From: Candidatus Parcubacteria bacterium
Lineage (GTDB): Bacteria; Patescibacteriota; Minisyncoccia; Phycocordibacterales; PALSA-1337
Direction of reading: 5' to 3'
Assembly (NCBI GenBank): GCA_028286835.1
Contig: JAQBQT010000027.1
Location: 14,442 to 78,441 of the forward strand
DNA: 64,000 bases
Below, piece after piece: positions 1 to 8,649 of this stretch; position 1 is the stretch's first letter; every line of letters starts with the position of its first letter. Position numbers and translations under genes: made by a program. The notes beneath the pieces were generated by a model, which worked only from the letters and a program-made list of their open reading frames with translations, had not been told where the DNA came from and ran no database searches.

Positions 1-370
1 CGATGTGATCGAGAAGCCCTTGGAAATAAAGCCGCGGATGGCGGACTCACGGCCTGAGCCGACGCCCTTCACGACGATATCGATCTCCTTCAAGCCGATG
101 TTCTGCGCCTTGAGGGCGAGAGTCTCACCGACCTTGGCTGCTGCGAAGGGAGTTCCCTTCTTGGCACCGCGGAAACCTGCAGCTCCGGATGAGCCCCACA
201 TGAGGGCGTTGCCGCTCTTGTCGGTCAAAAGGACCTTGGTGTTGTTATAGGTCGACTGCACGTACAAAATGCCCGCTTCCACGCGCTTCTTGGCAGAAAC
301 AAGCTGCTTGGCCTTGCCGTCAGCAGATCCTTCGGTTCCCGGAGTTGTTACGATACGTTTTTTTCCCATG
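1..370 (-). CDS. rpsK: 30S ribosomal protein S11, 3' end truncated by the window edge
   Basis: Manual translation of the minus strand from the ATG at 368-370 gives MGKKRIVTTPGTEGSADGKAKQLVSAKKRVEAGILYVQSTYNNT..., a typical S11 N-terminus. It sits immediately downstream of rpsM in the canonical infA-rpmJ-rpsM-rpsK order. It is absent from the ORF track because no stop codon falls inside the window. Confidence 0.85.
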
Positions 371-393
371 ATAGCTGTATTAAATGTTTCGGT

Positions 394-774
394 TTATGTC
401 TTTTCTTCCTTACGGCGTCCTGATCCCATAGTCTTTCGGACGTTGCCGCGGACAGTTCGGGAGTTCGTCTTCGTGCGCTGGCCCCGTGTCGGGAGGTTGC
501 GGGCGTGACGGGTGCCGCGGTATGCCTTGATGTCTTTGAGGCGCTTGATGTTGCCTGAGACCTCGCGCTTGAGGTTTCCCTCGATCTTGTAGCTCTCGAC
601 GAGCTTGCGGACCGTGTTCTCCTGGTCGACGGTGAGATCCTTCGGCTTCACAGTCGGGGAAACCTTGGCCTCGGAGAGGATGTAGCGGGCGCGAGAGCGG
701 CCGACTCCATAGATCGTCGTGAGGGCGATCTCCATCTGTTTATTGTCTGGCAGTGTTATTCCTAGTATACGCAT
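394..774 (-). CDS. rpsM: 30S ribosomal protein S13
   Basis: The 126-aa product begins MRILGITLPDNKQMEIALTTIYGVGRSRARYIL and has a basic C-terminal tail, both characteristic of S13. Operon context supports the call. Confidence 0.9.
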   Translation of the reverse strand: MRILGITLPDNKQMEIALTTIYGVGRSRARYILSEAKVSPTVKPKDLTVDQENTVRKLVESYKIEGNLKREVSGNIKRLKDIKAYRGTRHARNLPTRGQRTKTNSRTVRGNVRKTMGSGRRKEEKT

Positions 775-779
775 ATGAA

Positions 780-896
780 TTATCCTTGTCGCTGCTTATG
801 GCGAGGGTTCGACTTGCAGACGATATACACATAGCCGCCGCGACGGACGACATTGCATTTCGGACATATCTTTTTGACTGCTGATCGTACTCGCAT
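780..896 (-). CDS. rpmJ: 50S ribosomal protein L36
   Basis: This gene is not in the ORF track because the product is only 38 aa. The reverse complement translates to [38 protein letters not shown], the L36 zinc-ribbon CxxC...C...H pattern. It lies between infA and rpsM as expected. Confidence 0.85.
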   Translation of the reverse strand: MRVRSAVKKICPKCNVVRRGGYVYIVCKSNPRHKQRQG

Positions 897-901
897 GTTT
901 T

Positions 902-1123
902 TTATAAGCGTCTGATAATTCGCGCCCTGCCTCCGTACGGATCCTGTATCAATTCGACACGGTCACCGACGAGCACGCGGATACGGTTCATTTTCATCTT
1001 TCCGGCGAGATAAGCCAACAGGACTGTGTCGGTCCCTTCTGGGGTTACTCGAAACAAAGTATCAGGCAATGCCTCTACGACAGTGCCAAGGACGGTGTTT
1101 TTCGGTTGAGGAGCGGTATCCAT
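902..1123 (-). CDS. infA: translation initiation factor IF-1
   Basis: The 73-aa product contains the IF-1 S1-like fold signature [51 protein letters not shown]. Confidence 0.9.
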   Translation of the reverse strand: MDTAPQPKNTVLGTVVEALPDTLFRVTPEGTDTVLLAYLAGKMKMNRIRVLVGDRVELIQDPYGGRARIIRRL

Positions 1124-1160
1124 TGCGTATAAACGCGTTTGAGCATACTAGCAGATGGTT

Positions 1161-1173
1161 ATTATACCGTCAA
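1161..1173 (-). promoter_or_regulatory. putative sigma-70-type -10 element upstream of infA
   Basis: On the minus strand the sequence reads TTGACGGTATAAT. The TATAAT hexamer is perfect and lies about 35 nt upstream of the infA ATG. The TTGACG hexamer abuts it, so the -35 assignment is unclear. Confidence 0.3.
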
Positions 1174-1193
1174 TGGGTATAGCCATTTTTGTG

Positions 1194-2579
1194 CTATTTA
1201 TCCTTCACGACGATCGAAATCCTGCTCTCGTCATTAGGCACCGACATGCTCCACGATGGGAAAAGCTCGCCCGAGCTCTTGCCTATGTCGATAATGGCGG
1301 AATATGCCTTGAGAATGGCGCTTGTCTGGGCCAGAGAGAGGCCTGCAAGCTTCTGTTTGAGCGTCGCAACAGGGATTATTCCTACGAGCTTCACGTTTCC
1401 CTTGACCTTCGCTATAAGAGTCCCCTGCTGGGCCGGAGAGAATTCGGACGGGTTGGTGATCACGAATGAAAGCGACTCCAGGCCGGGCGCGCGGTATGGA
1501 AAGGCATTGAATGAATTGACCTTCTCCGCGCCGACGAGCTTAACGATGAGATCGCTCGTTTTGAAGAGCACCCCGTACAAAGTCCCGGTCAGCGCGACCG
1601 TCGCCGAGTCTGTCGTCGTGCCTGAAATAGCCGCAGGCGCGAATGAAGTCTTGTACGCATTGTCATACATGATGTATCCCTCGGGCACTGCGGCTTTTGC
1701 CTTGGCGAGAAGCTCTGCAGTGAGCGCGGTCTGGAGGTTCGCTGTCGTCGACGCGAGAAGCGTCTTGTCCACGGTCTTCTTCTGCCCCGCGAATCCTCCG
1801 CTTATGTCAGACGCGGGATGCCCGTAGAAGCCCGCATACCTCGGACCTCCCTGGTACGCAACTATCTTGAACGTAAGCGCTGAGTTCGATTTCGGGATAT
1901 TGTATTCTGCGCCGGCTTGATCGGCGATCACATTCACGGCAAGGCTGCCAGGGGTTATGCCCTTCGATGTGAGCGTGTATCCCGGAACGACAACAGTTCC
2001 CGTGAGGCGGTATATCAGACCGGAATCGGAGGAAAGCCTCGTTCCCGCGTTCAGGCGCTGTGAATCCTTTGAATATGTATTGTACAGAGTGACGACGCCG
2101 GACGCCTTGGTCGAGGAAAATGCCCCAGTCGTTGCCGGCACGGATGTTTTGGCGCTTCCGGTGAATGTCGAAGTCTTATATGAGAGATATCCGAGCGTGC
2201 TCGTGGCTGAGGCGACGATGGTCGTGTCTACCGGAGCGTCGATGGTGACGGGAACGATGGTGAATGTGGCGCGCGAGAAATAGATAGATGCGGCATATCC
2301 CGCGATGGCCACGAATGCGATCACGAGAAAGCTCGTGATGAGCCACCAGTTGCGCGCCTTCCTGGCCTTGCGCTTGGCCGGATCGGGAAAGCCCTTGCCG
2401 GCATTGCCCACATGGATCGGAGCAGTGACCTTGAGCTTGTGTATGGGGACTTCGCGGGCGATGTCTGGTTTCGGTACGGGGGCCTTTCCGCCTTTTTTCA
2501 ATGGTTCGGGAATGTCGATCGGCGTGTCACGGATCGATCGTCGGTCGCTTCTTACAATGTCTTCGACTCTTCGGGGCAT
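1194..2579 (-). CDS. hypothetical bitopic membrane protein
   Basis: The 461-aa ORF has a basic N-terminal region of about 75 aa, then a single hydrophobic helix (WWLITSFLVIAFVAIAGYAASIYF), then a long Thr/Ser/Gly-rich ectodomain likely rich in beta structure. No recognisable catalytic motifs were seen. It lies downstream of the actin-fold gene on the same strand. Confidence 0.6.
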   Translation of the reverse strand: MPRRVEDIVRSDRRSIRDTPIDIPEPLKKGGKAPVPKPDIAREVPIHKLKVTAPIHVGNAGKGFPDPAKRKARKARNWWLITSFLVIAFVAIAGYAASIYFSRATFTIVPVTIDAPVDTTIVASATSTLGYLSYKTSTFTGSAKTSVPATTGAFSSTKASGVVTLYNTYSKDSQRLNAGTRLSSDSGLIYRLTGTVVVPGYTLTSKGITPGSLAVNVIADQAGAEYNIPKSNSALTFKIVAYQGGPRYAGFYGHPASDISGGFAGQKKTVDKTLLASTTANLQTALTAELLAKAKAAVPEGYIMYDNAYKTSFAPAAISGTTTDSATVALTGTLYGVLFKTSDLIVKLVGAEKVNSFNAFPYRAPGLESLSFVITNPSEFSPAQQGTLIAKVKGNVKLVGIIPVATLKQKLAGLSLAQTSAILKAYSAIIDIGKSSGELFPSWSMSVPNDESRISIVVKDK

Positions 2580-2614
2580 GATGGATACATCTTATCACAT
2601 TAGTATCGGATCGC

Positions 2615-3781
2615 TCACAATCTGCCCTCTGCGAGCTTGCGAATGGCGATCGAATACGAGCTGATGATCCTCCAATGATGGGCTGCTGATGCGAATATCA
2701 CATTGGGCATGGCTTCGCTCGGAGACCAGGCCTCGATTCGGCCTCCCGGATGGACCGTCGCGAGGCTCTGCACGAAAAAATCTTCGTGGGAGCGCGCGGC
2801 AACCAGCACATCGCGGCCGAGCGAGCTCTGAAGGGACGTATCCTTGAATAATTTGGAAAGCTCCCCGCTCCAGCCTGCGGCCATCGCCTTCATGACCGAA
2901 GCCGTTGAGGAGGCATGCTCAGGGTCCAGGCGATTGCCGAGATAGAGCGAGATCAAGGAATCGGCTGTTTGAATATCCATCTTCGTAGAGTGGGCGATCT
3001 TGCGGATGATGGTATTGATGCCCATCGGATACGAGCCGAAAAAAGTGCACGAGCCGTTCTTGACCGAAAGGACGTCGGTCAATTCACCGTGGATATGAAC
3101 GAGCGTATATGTGGTCCGTTCCGGCATCGCAGCAAGGACACCAACGTACTGGAGGAGGAGCGATGAATGGAAATGGATGCGGGACGGACGGATGATGTGC
3201 TCGCAGCTTTCTCTGAAGCGCCTGATGGTGTCCGAGCCGCCTACCGTGACGGCGTAAGATATTTCGAGAAGATGAGCCTGCTTGTTCTCCCACACTAAGA
3301 CAGAATAACCGTTCAGGCGGACATCGAATATCTTTTCCTCGATGGTTTCGAGGGGTCCGTCCGTGTCAGGCATGAGCTTCTTTCGTTCTTCGTCAAGGAT
3401 CTCGCGGACCTTCTTGTCCGTGATGGCGGTGTTCTTATCGAGCGCAAGCGAGAGCGTGCGCGCCTGGGATGCGATCCATGGCGACGACAGGACGTAGTGG
3501 ATCTCTTCGACCGTATGCGGCATGAGGCCTTCTGCATCTGCGTGGCTTTGCGCGTGAAGGTCCTTCATGGCCGCGTCTATGGTCTGCGAAAGAGCCTTGA
3601 GCGTGGTCTTTATGAAATACGGCGTGCCGACATTGGGCTTGAATGGGATCGGGCGCTCGTCTACGAACAGGATGCGGATCGGCTCGCCGATACGGTACCA
3701 GACGAGCGAGCTTCGGGCTACCGAGCTCTGGATTTCAAGAAGGAGGATTATTTTCCCGCTGGTTTTTGGGGAGAAGAGCAT
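2615..3781 (-). CDS. hypothetical protein with an actin-like ATPase (ASKHA, FtsA/PilM-like) N-terminal motif
   Basis: The 388-aa ORF carries an N-terminal phosphate-1-like motif, IILLLEIQSSVARSSLV, comparable to the GLDIGSSSIK motif of PilM/FtsA/Ppx-type ASKHA proteins. The rest of the protein was not confidently matched. The functional call is tentative. Confidence 0.45.
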   Translation of the reverse strand: MLFSPKTSGKIILLLEIQSSVARSSLVWYRIGEPIRILFVDERPIPFKPNVGTPYFIKTTLKALSQTIDAAMKDLHAQSHADAEGLMPHTVEEIHYVLSSPWIASQARTLSLALDKNTAITDKKVREILDEERKKLMPDTDGPLETIEEKIFDVRLNGYSVLVWENKQAHLLEISYAVTVGGSDTIRRFRESCEHIIRPSRIHFHSSLLLQYVGVLAAMPERTTYTLVHIHGELTDVLSVKNGSCTFFGSYPMGINTIIRKIAHSTKMDIQTADSLISLYLGNRLDPEHASSTASVMKAMAAGWSGELSKLFKDTSLQSSLGRDVLVAARSHEDFFVQSLATVHPGGRIEAWSPSEAMPNVIFASAAHHWRIISSYSIAIRKLAEGRL

Positions 3782-3807
3782 GGGGAAATTATAGCATGAA
3801 TGAAAAA

Positions 3808-3921
3808 CAGATAAGGATTATGGATTGTCACAACCGGTGTCGGACCCCGCTGGGTCCGCACCTCTTTCTCAGACGCCTTCGCGTCTTCCGAAGAGTTGTT
3901 CCAACCCATAATCCTTATCTG
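3808..3921. repeat. 114-nt intergenic element closed by a perfect 16-bp inverted repeat with two internal hairpins
   Basis: CAGATAAGGATTATGG at 3808-3823 is the exact reverse complement of CCATAATCCTTATCTG at 3906-3921. Inside the repeat are the hairpins GGACCCcgctGGGTCC and AGACGCcttcGCGTCT. The element sits between the alaS stop and the start of the 2615-3781 gene. Confidence 0.45.
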
Positions 3922-3944
3922 TTCTCATCACGCCCAGCTAGTCC

Positions 3945-5804
3945 CTATCCTAAGACAGCCTTGATGCGTCGAATGCCCTGTGAGATGGCTTCTTCCTTCT
4001 GGATCTTGAACTTCCACTTCCCTTCGGGACCTGCGAGTTCGGATGTATTCTTCACGTGAGGGCCGCCGCAGAATTCTTTTGAGTACGCGGAAGCGATATC
4101 GTTGCCGATGAAGTAAATGGAGATCTCGTCGCCATATTTTTCAGCAAAGAAATGGCGGGCGCCGGTCTTCTCGGCTTCGGCCTTCGGCATGGTGACCTGA
4201 TTCACGGGCATTTTGGCGGCTATCTTCTCGTTAATGATGTCCTCGACACGCTTCTTCTCATCGTCGGTCATCTTGGCTCCGTATGAAAAATCGAAACGCA
4301 GGCGCTCTGCGGTGATGTTGGATCCTTTCTGGCCCACTCCCTCTCCGAGCACGTCATGGAGGGCCTGATGCAGGAGGTGCGTCGCGGTGTGATAGCGGAC
4401 GACCTGAGGATCGTCGGCATTTGCGAGGCCGCCTTTGAATTTCTGCTCGGCGCCTGCGCGCGAGAGGTCTTGATGCTTCTTGAATTCCGCTTCGAAGGCC
4501 GCAGTGTCTACCGTCAGGCCTCTTTCTGCGGCAAGCTCCTTGGTCACGTCGATGGGCAGGCCGTATGAAGAGAAAAGAAGGAACGCATCAGCGCCTGAGA
4601 CATTGCCTGATACGGCGAGCCGGTCGAATTCCTTCATGCCATGTGCGAGAGCTTCGGCGAACTTGGTCGCTTCATCGAGCAGTACCTGCTTGATCGTGTC
4701 GGACTTCTGGGCGAGCTCCGGATATGCGACAAGGTATGTGTTCGTGAGCGTATCGACAAATTTTGAAATGCGTCCGGCATCGAGCTTCTTGTCCGTCATG
4801 CTTATGGTCGCGCGGCGGATGAGGCGGCGGAGGATGTATCCACGGTCTGTATTCGAAGGTATGACGCCGTCGGCGATGAGAAATGTGCTCGCGCGAAGGT
4901 GGTCGGCAATGACACGCTTGTTGCGCAGGCTCTGCGACGGATTCTTCATGAGGTCCATGACCGGTTTCAGGAGATCGGTGTCGTATATGTTGTCGACGCC
5001 TTGCAAGGTCATTGTCAGGCGCTCGAGGCCGGCACCGGTATCGACGGAAGGCTTCGGAAGCTTGCCGATGATCACGCCGTCCTTCTTCTCATATTGCATG
5101 AAGACGTCATTCCAGATCTCGATGATGTCGCGCACGTCGTCAGCCTGGACGTATTCGGCATGCGTAAGGGTCCTGCCGGCGAATTTTCCGGAGACGTCGT
5201 AGAACATCTCGGTGTCAGGGCCGCACGGGCCGTTGTCGCCTGCTTCCCACCAGTTGTTCTTGGCTGGCATATAGAAGATGCGGCCGGCTTCGCCCTGCGT
5301 CGTATCGCCTCCGGCATCGATGCGGTTCTTCTTGAAGATCTCGCGCCAGATGGCAGCCGCTTCGGTGTCGCGCGGAGCGACCGCATCGCCCTCGAATACG
5401 GTCACGTACAGGCGCTGAGGATCAAGGCCGAGGCCCTCTTCCTTGTTGGTCAGGAATTCATAGCTCCAGTTGATCGCCTCTTCCTTGAAATAATCGCCGA
5501 GGGACCAGTTGCCGAGCATCTCGAAGAACGTCGCGTGCGTCTTGTCACCTATGTCGTCTATGTCCACAGTGCGGAGGCATTTCTGGGCGTCCACGAGGCG
5601 GGTCCCGGCCGGGTGCTGCTTGCCGAGCAAGAAAGGCACGAGAGGCTGCATGCCTGCCGTATTGAAGAGGGTCGCGTTCGTTACGCCCTTCTCGTCAGGG
5701 GTGACAAGCGACGCGGACGGTATGACCGCATGCCCGCGCTTCTCGAAAAATGCCAGGAATCGAAGGCGTATTTCAGCCGATGTCATCGGCGAGATTGGGT
5801 TCAT
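3945..5804 (-). CDS. alaS: alanyl-tRNA synthetase, short form ending after the editing domain
   Basis: The AlaRS catalytic-core N-terminus is present (SAEIRLRFLAFFEKRGH...FNTAGMQPL). Editing-domain motifs are present (HTATHLLHQALHDVLG and CGGPHV). The 619-aa product ends at RRIKAVLG with no C-Ala domain. The likely true start is the internal Met at about 5786 (MTSAEIR). Confidence 0.9.
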   Translation of the reverse strand: MNPISPMTSAEIRLRFLAFFEKRGHAVIPSASLVTPDEKGVTNATLFNTAGMQPLVPFLLGKQHPAGTRLVDAQKCLRTVDIDDIGDKTHATFFEMLGNWSLGDYFKEEAINWSYEFLTNKEEGLGLDPQRLYVTVFEGDAVAPRDTEAAAIWREIFKKNRIDAGGDTTQGEAGRIFYMPAKNNWWEAGDNGPCGPDTEMFYDVSGKFAGRTLTHAEYVQADDVRDIIEIWNDVFMQYEKKDGVIIGKLPKPSVDTGAGLERLTMTLQGVDNIYDTDLLKPVMDLMKNPSQSLRNKRVIADHLRASTFLIADGVIPSNTDRGYILRRLIRRATISMTDKKLDAGRISKFVDTLTNTYLVAYPELAQKSDTIKQVLLDEATKFAEALAHGMKEFDRLAVSGNVSGADAFLLFSSYGLPIDVTKELAAERGLTVDTAAFEAEFKKHQDLSRAGAEQKFKGGLANADDPQVVRYHTATHLLHQALHDVLGEGVGQKGSNITAERLRFDFSYGAKMTDDEKKRVEDIINEKIAAKMPVNQVTMPKAEAEKTGARHFFAEKYGDEISIYFIGNDIASAYSKEFCGGPHVKNTSELAGPEGKWKFKIQKEEAISQGIRRIKAVLG

Positions 5805-5843
5805 GTGGAAAAATATAGCAGTTTTTGGGGATTTTGCGAAATG

Positions 5844-7655
5844 CTAGTAGCGCTTCTTCGCTGAGATCTTCTTTGTCTTAGAGGTAAGCTGTTCGAGTTT
5901 TTTAATATCCTCTTCTATCTCCTTGAGGCCTTCCCTCCAGAAATCAGGCTTCGAAACATCGATACCTATGGAACTAAGGATGTTTTCAGGGGAATCTTTA
6001 CCTCCAGACGATAGGAATTGTTCGATCTTCGGCCAGAATGATGCATCGGCTCGATAGCGACGCAAGAGAGCATTGGATACAAGGAGACCGTATGCATATG
6101 AGTACACATAGAAGAAGCGCCGTATGTGGCCCCAATGTACAAAGAAGTATCCCTCATCACGCGTAAGCTTAAAGGCTGGGCCGAGATAGGCCTGCATATT
6201 CCTATTATGTGCATCAGCGATTTCATCGGAGGACATGAATCCTTTGGTCTTGATGGTCTCGTGCAGTTCTTTTTCAAAATTGAAGCACGCTATCTGACGG
6301 AATACCGTAGAAACAGAATCATTGATCTTATCATGGAGAATGACTATCTTTTCGGTATCGGAAAGAGAGTCATAGACTGCGTCCAGAGCGATCGATTCGA
6401 AAAGCGTGCTCGCAGTCTCGGCGAGTGCCATCGAATAATTAAAGTAGATCAGCTTCTGGGACTTGGAAAGCTCTGTGTGGAATGCATGACCAAGCTCATG
6501 GGCAATAGTAGTGAATGATTGCAGGTCATCAACATGATTGAGAAGCACGAATGTCGGTAGGCTGTAGGACCCAGAGCAGTATGCGCCACCGGTCTTCCCT
6601 ACGCGTGGCATAACGTCGATTTGACCGTTCTGTATGTATTCATTGATAAATGCAGGATATTTCGCGTCGAGTTTGCCGAAAGATTTCTTAACGATTTCAA
6701 TACTGTGATCAAACGAGAAGGTGGCTTTTACCAAACCAATTTTCGCTGCCCTGTCTGAGTAGGCAAGGGATTTTAACTTAAGAAGTTTTGCCTTGAGTTT
6801 GTGGAAACGGTGTGCGATCGGAAATCCAGCCGTGACCGTTCTGACAAGCGATTCAACGACGGCAGGATCATTTCTATACACACGGACGGTCGATTCGTAT
6901 GGGGTTTTGTAGCCTCGCAATTCATCGTTTATCCTCTTATTTGTGAAGATCGCGTTAATCTCGGCTTCGGAGAATGGTGCTACTGTCTTAAGAACAGCTG
7001 AAATCTCTGCATTGAGGTGGTTGCGCTCTTTTGCGCTCGGTAGGCCGGCAAGCATATTAAAGGCTTGCGCTATCGGCAGCTTCTTTCCTTTCCATTGAAC
7101 CGTGCGCATGTTCAGCAGTTTCTGATTGCCCGCTACCCACATCTCGTATGCGGGTTGCGATTTGAGACTCATTATCTTCTCCTCTTCGATAGACAAGTTG
7201 TGCTTCGCATCATCAAAGATTCTTTCCAGGAATATTTTGTATTCCAAGAGGTTGGTATCGGAAAGAAATTCCGATTGTTTCTCAACAGGAACCTTTCCAA
7301 GCCGAATAGGAAAAAAGGTTAGCTTGTTGTCTGCTTTTGTCAGTCGATTTTCCAGAAGGGCTATGTTAGAAATAGCGTCCTTATTTTCTGCTTCGATATC
7401 ACGTAAATAATAAAAATACAAAGCAGGTTTTTCGCTTGATGCCCGCATTTTTTCCATATCGCGAATTGCTGAGGCTAAGACCTTTGGATCTTTCAGAAAC
7501 TCTTTCTCGATCGTATCGTATTTCTTTGCGAATGCTTCATGTGCACGCTCTATCGCCTTCACGTCCTTTTCGATCTGTGGGTCCGTCGTAGAAGAATAGA
7601 GAAGACTGAGATTCCAAGTCGGCAATTTCTTCAAAGGTTTCTTATTGGTCTTCAT
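5844..7655 (-). CDS. pepF: oligoendopeptidase F (M3B family metallopeptidase)
   Basis: The 603-aa product contains the HEXXH zinc motif IAHELGHAFH, and its length and overall pattern fit PepF. Confidence 0.8.
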   Translation of the reverse strand: MKTNKKPLKKLPTWNLSLLYSSTTDPQIEKDVKAIERAHEAFAKKYDTIEKEFLKDPKVLASAIRDMEKMRASSEKPALYFYYLRDIEAENKDAISNIALLENRLTKADNKLTFFPIRLGKVPVEKQSEFLSDTNLLEYKIFLERIFDDAKHNLSIEEEKIMSLKSQPAYEMWVAGNQKLLNMRTVQWKGKKLPIAQAFNMLAGLPSAKERNHLNAEISAVLKTVAPFSEAEINAIFTNKRINDELRGYKTPYESTVRVYRNDPAVVESLVRTVTAGFPIAHRFHKLKAKLLKLKSLAYSDRAAKIGLVKATFSFDHSIEIVKKSFGKLDAKYPAFINEYIQNGQIDVMPRVGKTGGAYCSGSYSLPTFVLLNHVDDLQSFTTIAHELGHAFHTELSKSQKLIYFNYSMALAETASTLFESIALDAVYDSLSDTEKIVILHDKINDSVSTVFRQIACFNFEKELHETIKTKGFMSSDEIADAHNRNMQAYLGPAFKLTRDEGYFFVHWGHIRRFFYVYSYAYGLLVSNALLRRYRADASFWPKIEQFLSSGGKDSPENILSSIGIDVSKPDFWREGLKEIEEDIKKLEQLTSKTKKISAKKRY

Positions 7656-7657
7656 TT

Positions 7658-7990
7658 TTATTTTAGTATCGCAGCCAAGCCGTCGGTAAGCGCAGTCTCA
7701 AGTTTTCCCTTGAAGAGCATCGCAGCCATCGGGAGCTTGGCGGTGACCTCAACCTTATCTGCCAAAACCGAGATAGTGCCTGATATGGATTGTCCCTGGG
7801 CCGTGAACGTGAATTCACATGCATTTCCTTCCCACTTCTGCTCAAGCGTTCCGGAAACGGGAGGCACGCCTGGCGCTTGTATCGGGCCTCCAGATAGTTT
7901 CAACTGGGCCTGATCCATGAAGACCTTGATGCGGCTTTGAGCCTCTTCCTGGCCGAGCGTATGAGGAGCCGATGCGTGTAGTGTGGACAT
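7658..7990 (-). CDS. hypothetical protein
   Basis: The 110-aa ORF is tightly packed between pepF and the UDG gene. No motifs were recognised. Confidence 0.5.
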   Translation of the reverse strand: MSTLHASAPHTLGQEEAQSRIKVFMDQAQLKLSGGPIQAPGVPPVSGTLEQKWEGNACEFTFTAQGQSISGTISVLADKVEVTAKLPMAAMLFKGKLETALTDGLAAILK

Positions 7991-7998
7991 AGAGAGTA

Positions 7999-8619
7999 TT
8001 ATGCAAACTTTTTTAAAATATGGAAGTCCGTTATGAGCGTCTCGCGCATGCCGCCATTGTAGAGCGCTGCGGCGGGATGATACAAGGTGATGATGGTGAC
8101 CGGATGGGACCCATGGTCCTCATCGAAATACGCTGTCTCGAATGTCTTGCCGTGGATCTTGCTGATGGGCTCCAATTCCAGGTCCAGATCATATCGCTGC
8201 ATGACATAGTTCATGCTGTGGCGCCCCAGCGTGGCGATGACCTTGGGCTGAATGATCTGCACCTGCCGGTCAAGGAATGGCGCATATAGGGCGATCTCTT
8301 CAGGCGTCGGATCGCGATTCTCAGGCGGGCGATCCTTGACCATGTTGGTAATGTAGACATCCTCGCGCTTGAGGCCGATAGAGGCGATGAGCTCATCGAG
8401 GAATTTCCCTGCAGCACCGCAGAAAGACCTCCCTGTCTTTGCTTCAGTCTGCCCGGGCGCTTCGCCGACGAACATGATGCTCGCATCGTGGCTCCCCTCC
8501 CCGATCACAGGGAAATATTTATTCCTGGTGCGATACTCATATAAGGGCGAGGCCTTGAATTCAAGAAGCTCGTCCCGGATCTTCTTCAGCTTTTCGTATT
8601 TGTCATTCTTGGTAGCCAT
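7999..8619 (-). CDS. uracil-DNA glycosylase, family 4/5 type
   Basis: The protein contains GEAPGQTE (the family-4 UDG motif GE[AG]PG) and a C-terminal HP motif (TLYHPAAAL). It is 206 aa. Confidence 0.8.
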   Translation of the reverse strand: MATKNDKYEKLKKIRDELLEFKASPLYEYRTRNKYFPVIGEGSHDASIMFVGEAPGQTEAKTGRSFCGAAGKFLDELIASIGLKREDVYITNMVKDRPPENRDPTPEEIALYAPFLDRQVQIIQPKVIATLGRHSMNYVMQRYDLDLELEPISKIHGKTFETAYFDEDHGSHPVTIITLYHPAAALYNGGMRETLITDFHILKKFA

Positions 8620-8649
8620 GATGGTTTGCTCTGATCCGATGAGCGAGGT

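Noticed and set aside
5-250. An 81-aa plus-strand ORF at the window start.
   Set aside because: It is antisense to the S11 (rpsK) coding sequence, which continues the ribosomal operon.
1189-1827. A 212-aa plus-strand ORF, and a neighbouring ORF at 1155-1469.
   Set aside because: It is entirely antisense to the 461-aa minus-strand gene. Its amino-acid composition is typical of a shadow ORF in GC-rich DNA. No RBS is present.
4899-5864. A 321-aa plus-strand ORF.
   Set aside because: It is antisense to alaS, whose identity is unambiguous. It is a long shadow ORF, as are 4480-5202 and 5509-5847.
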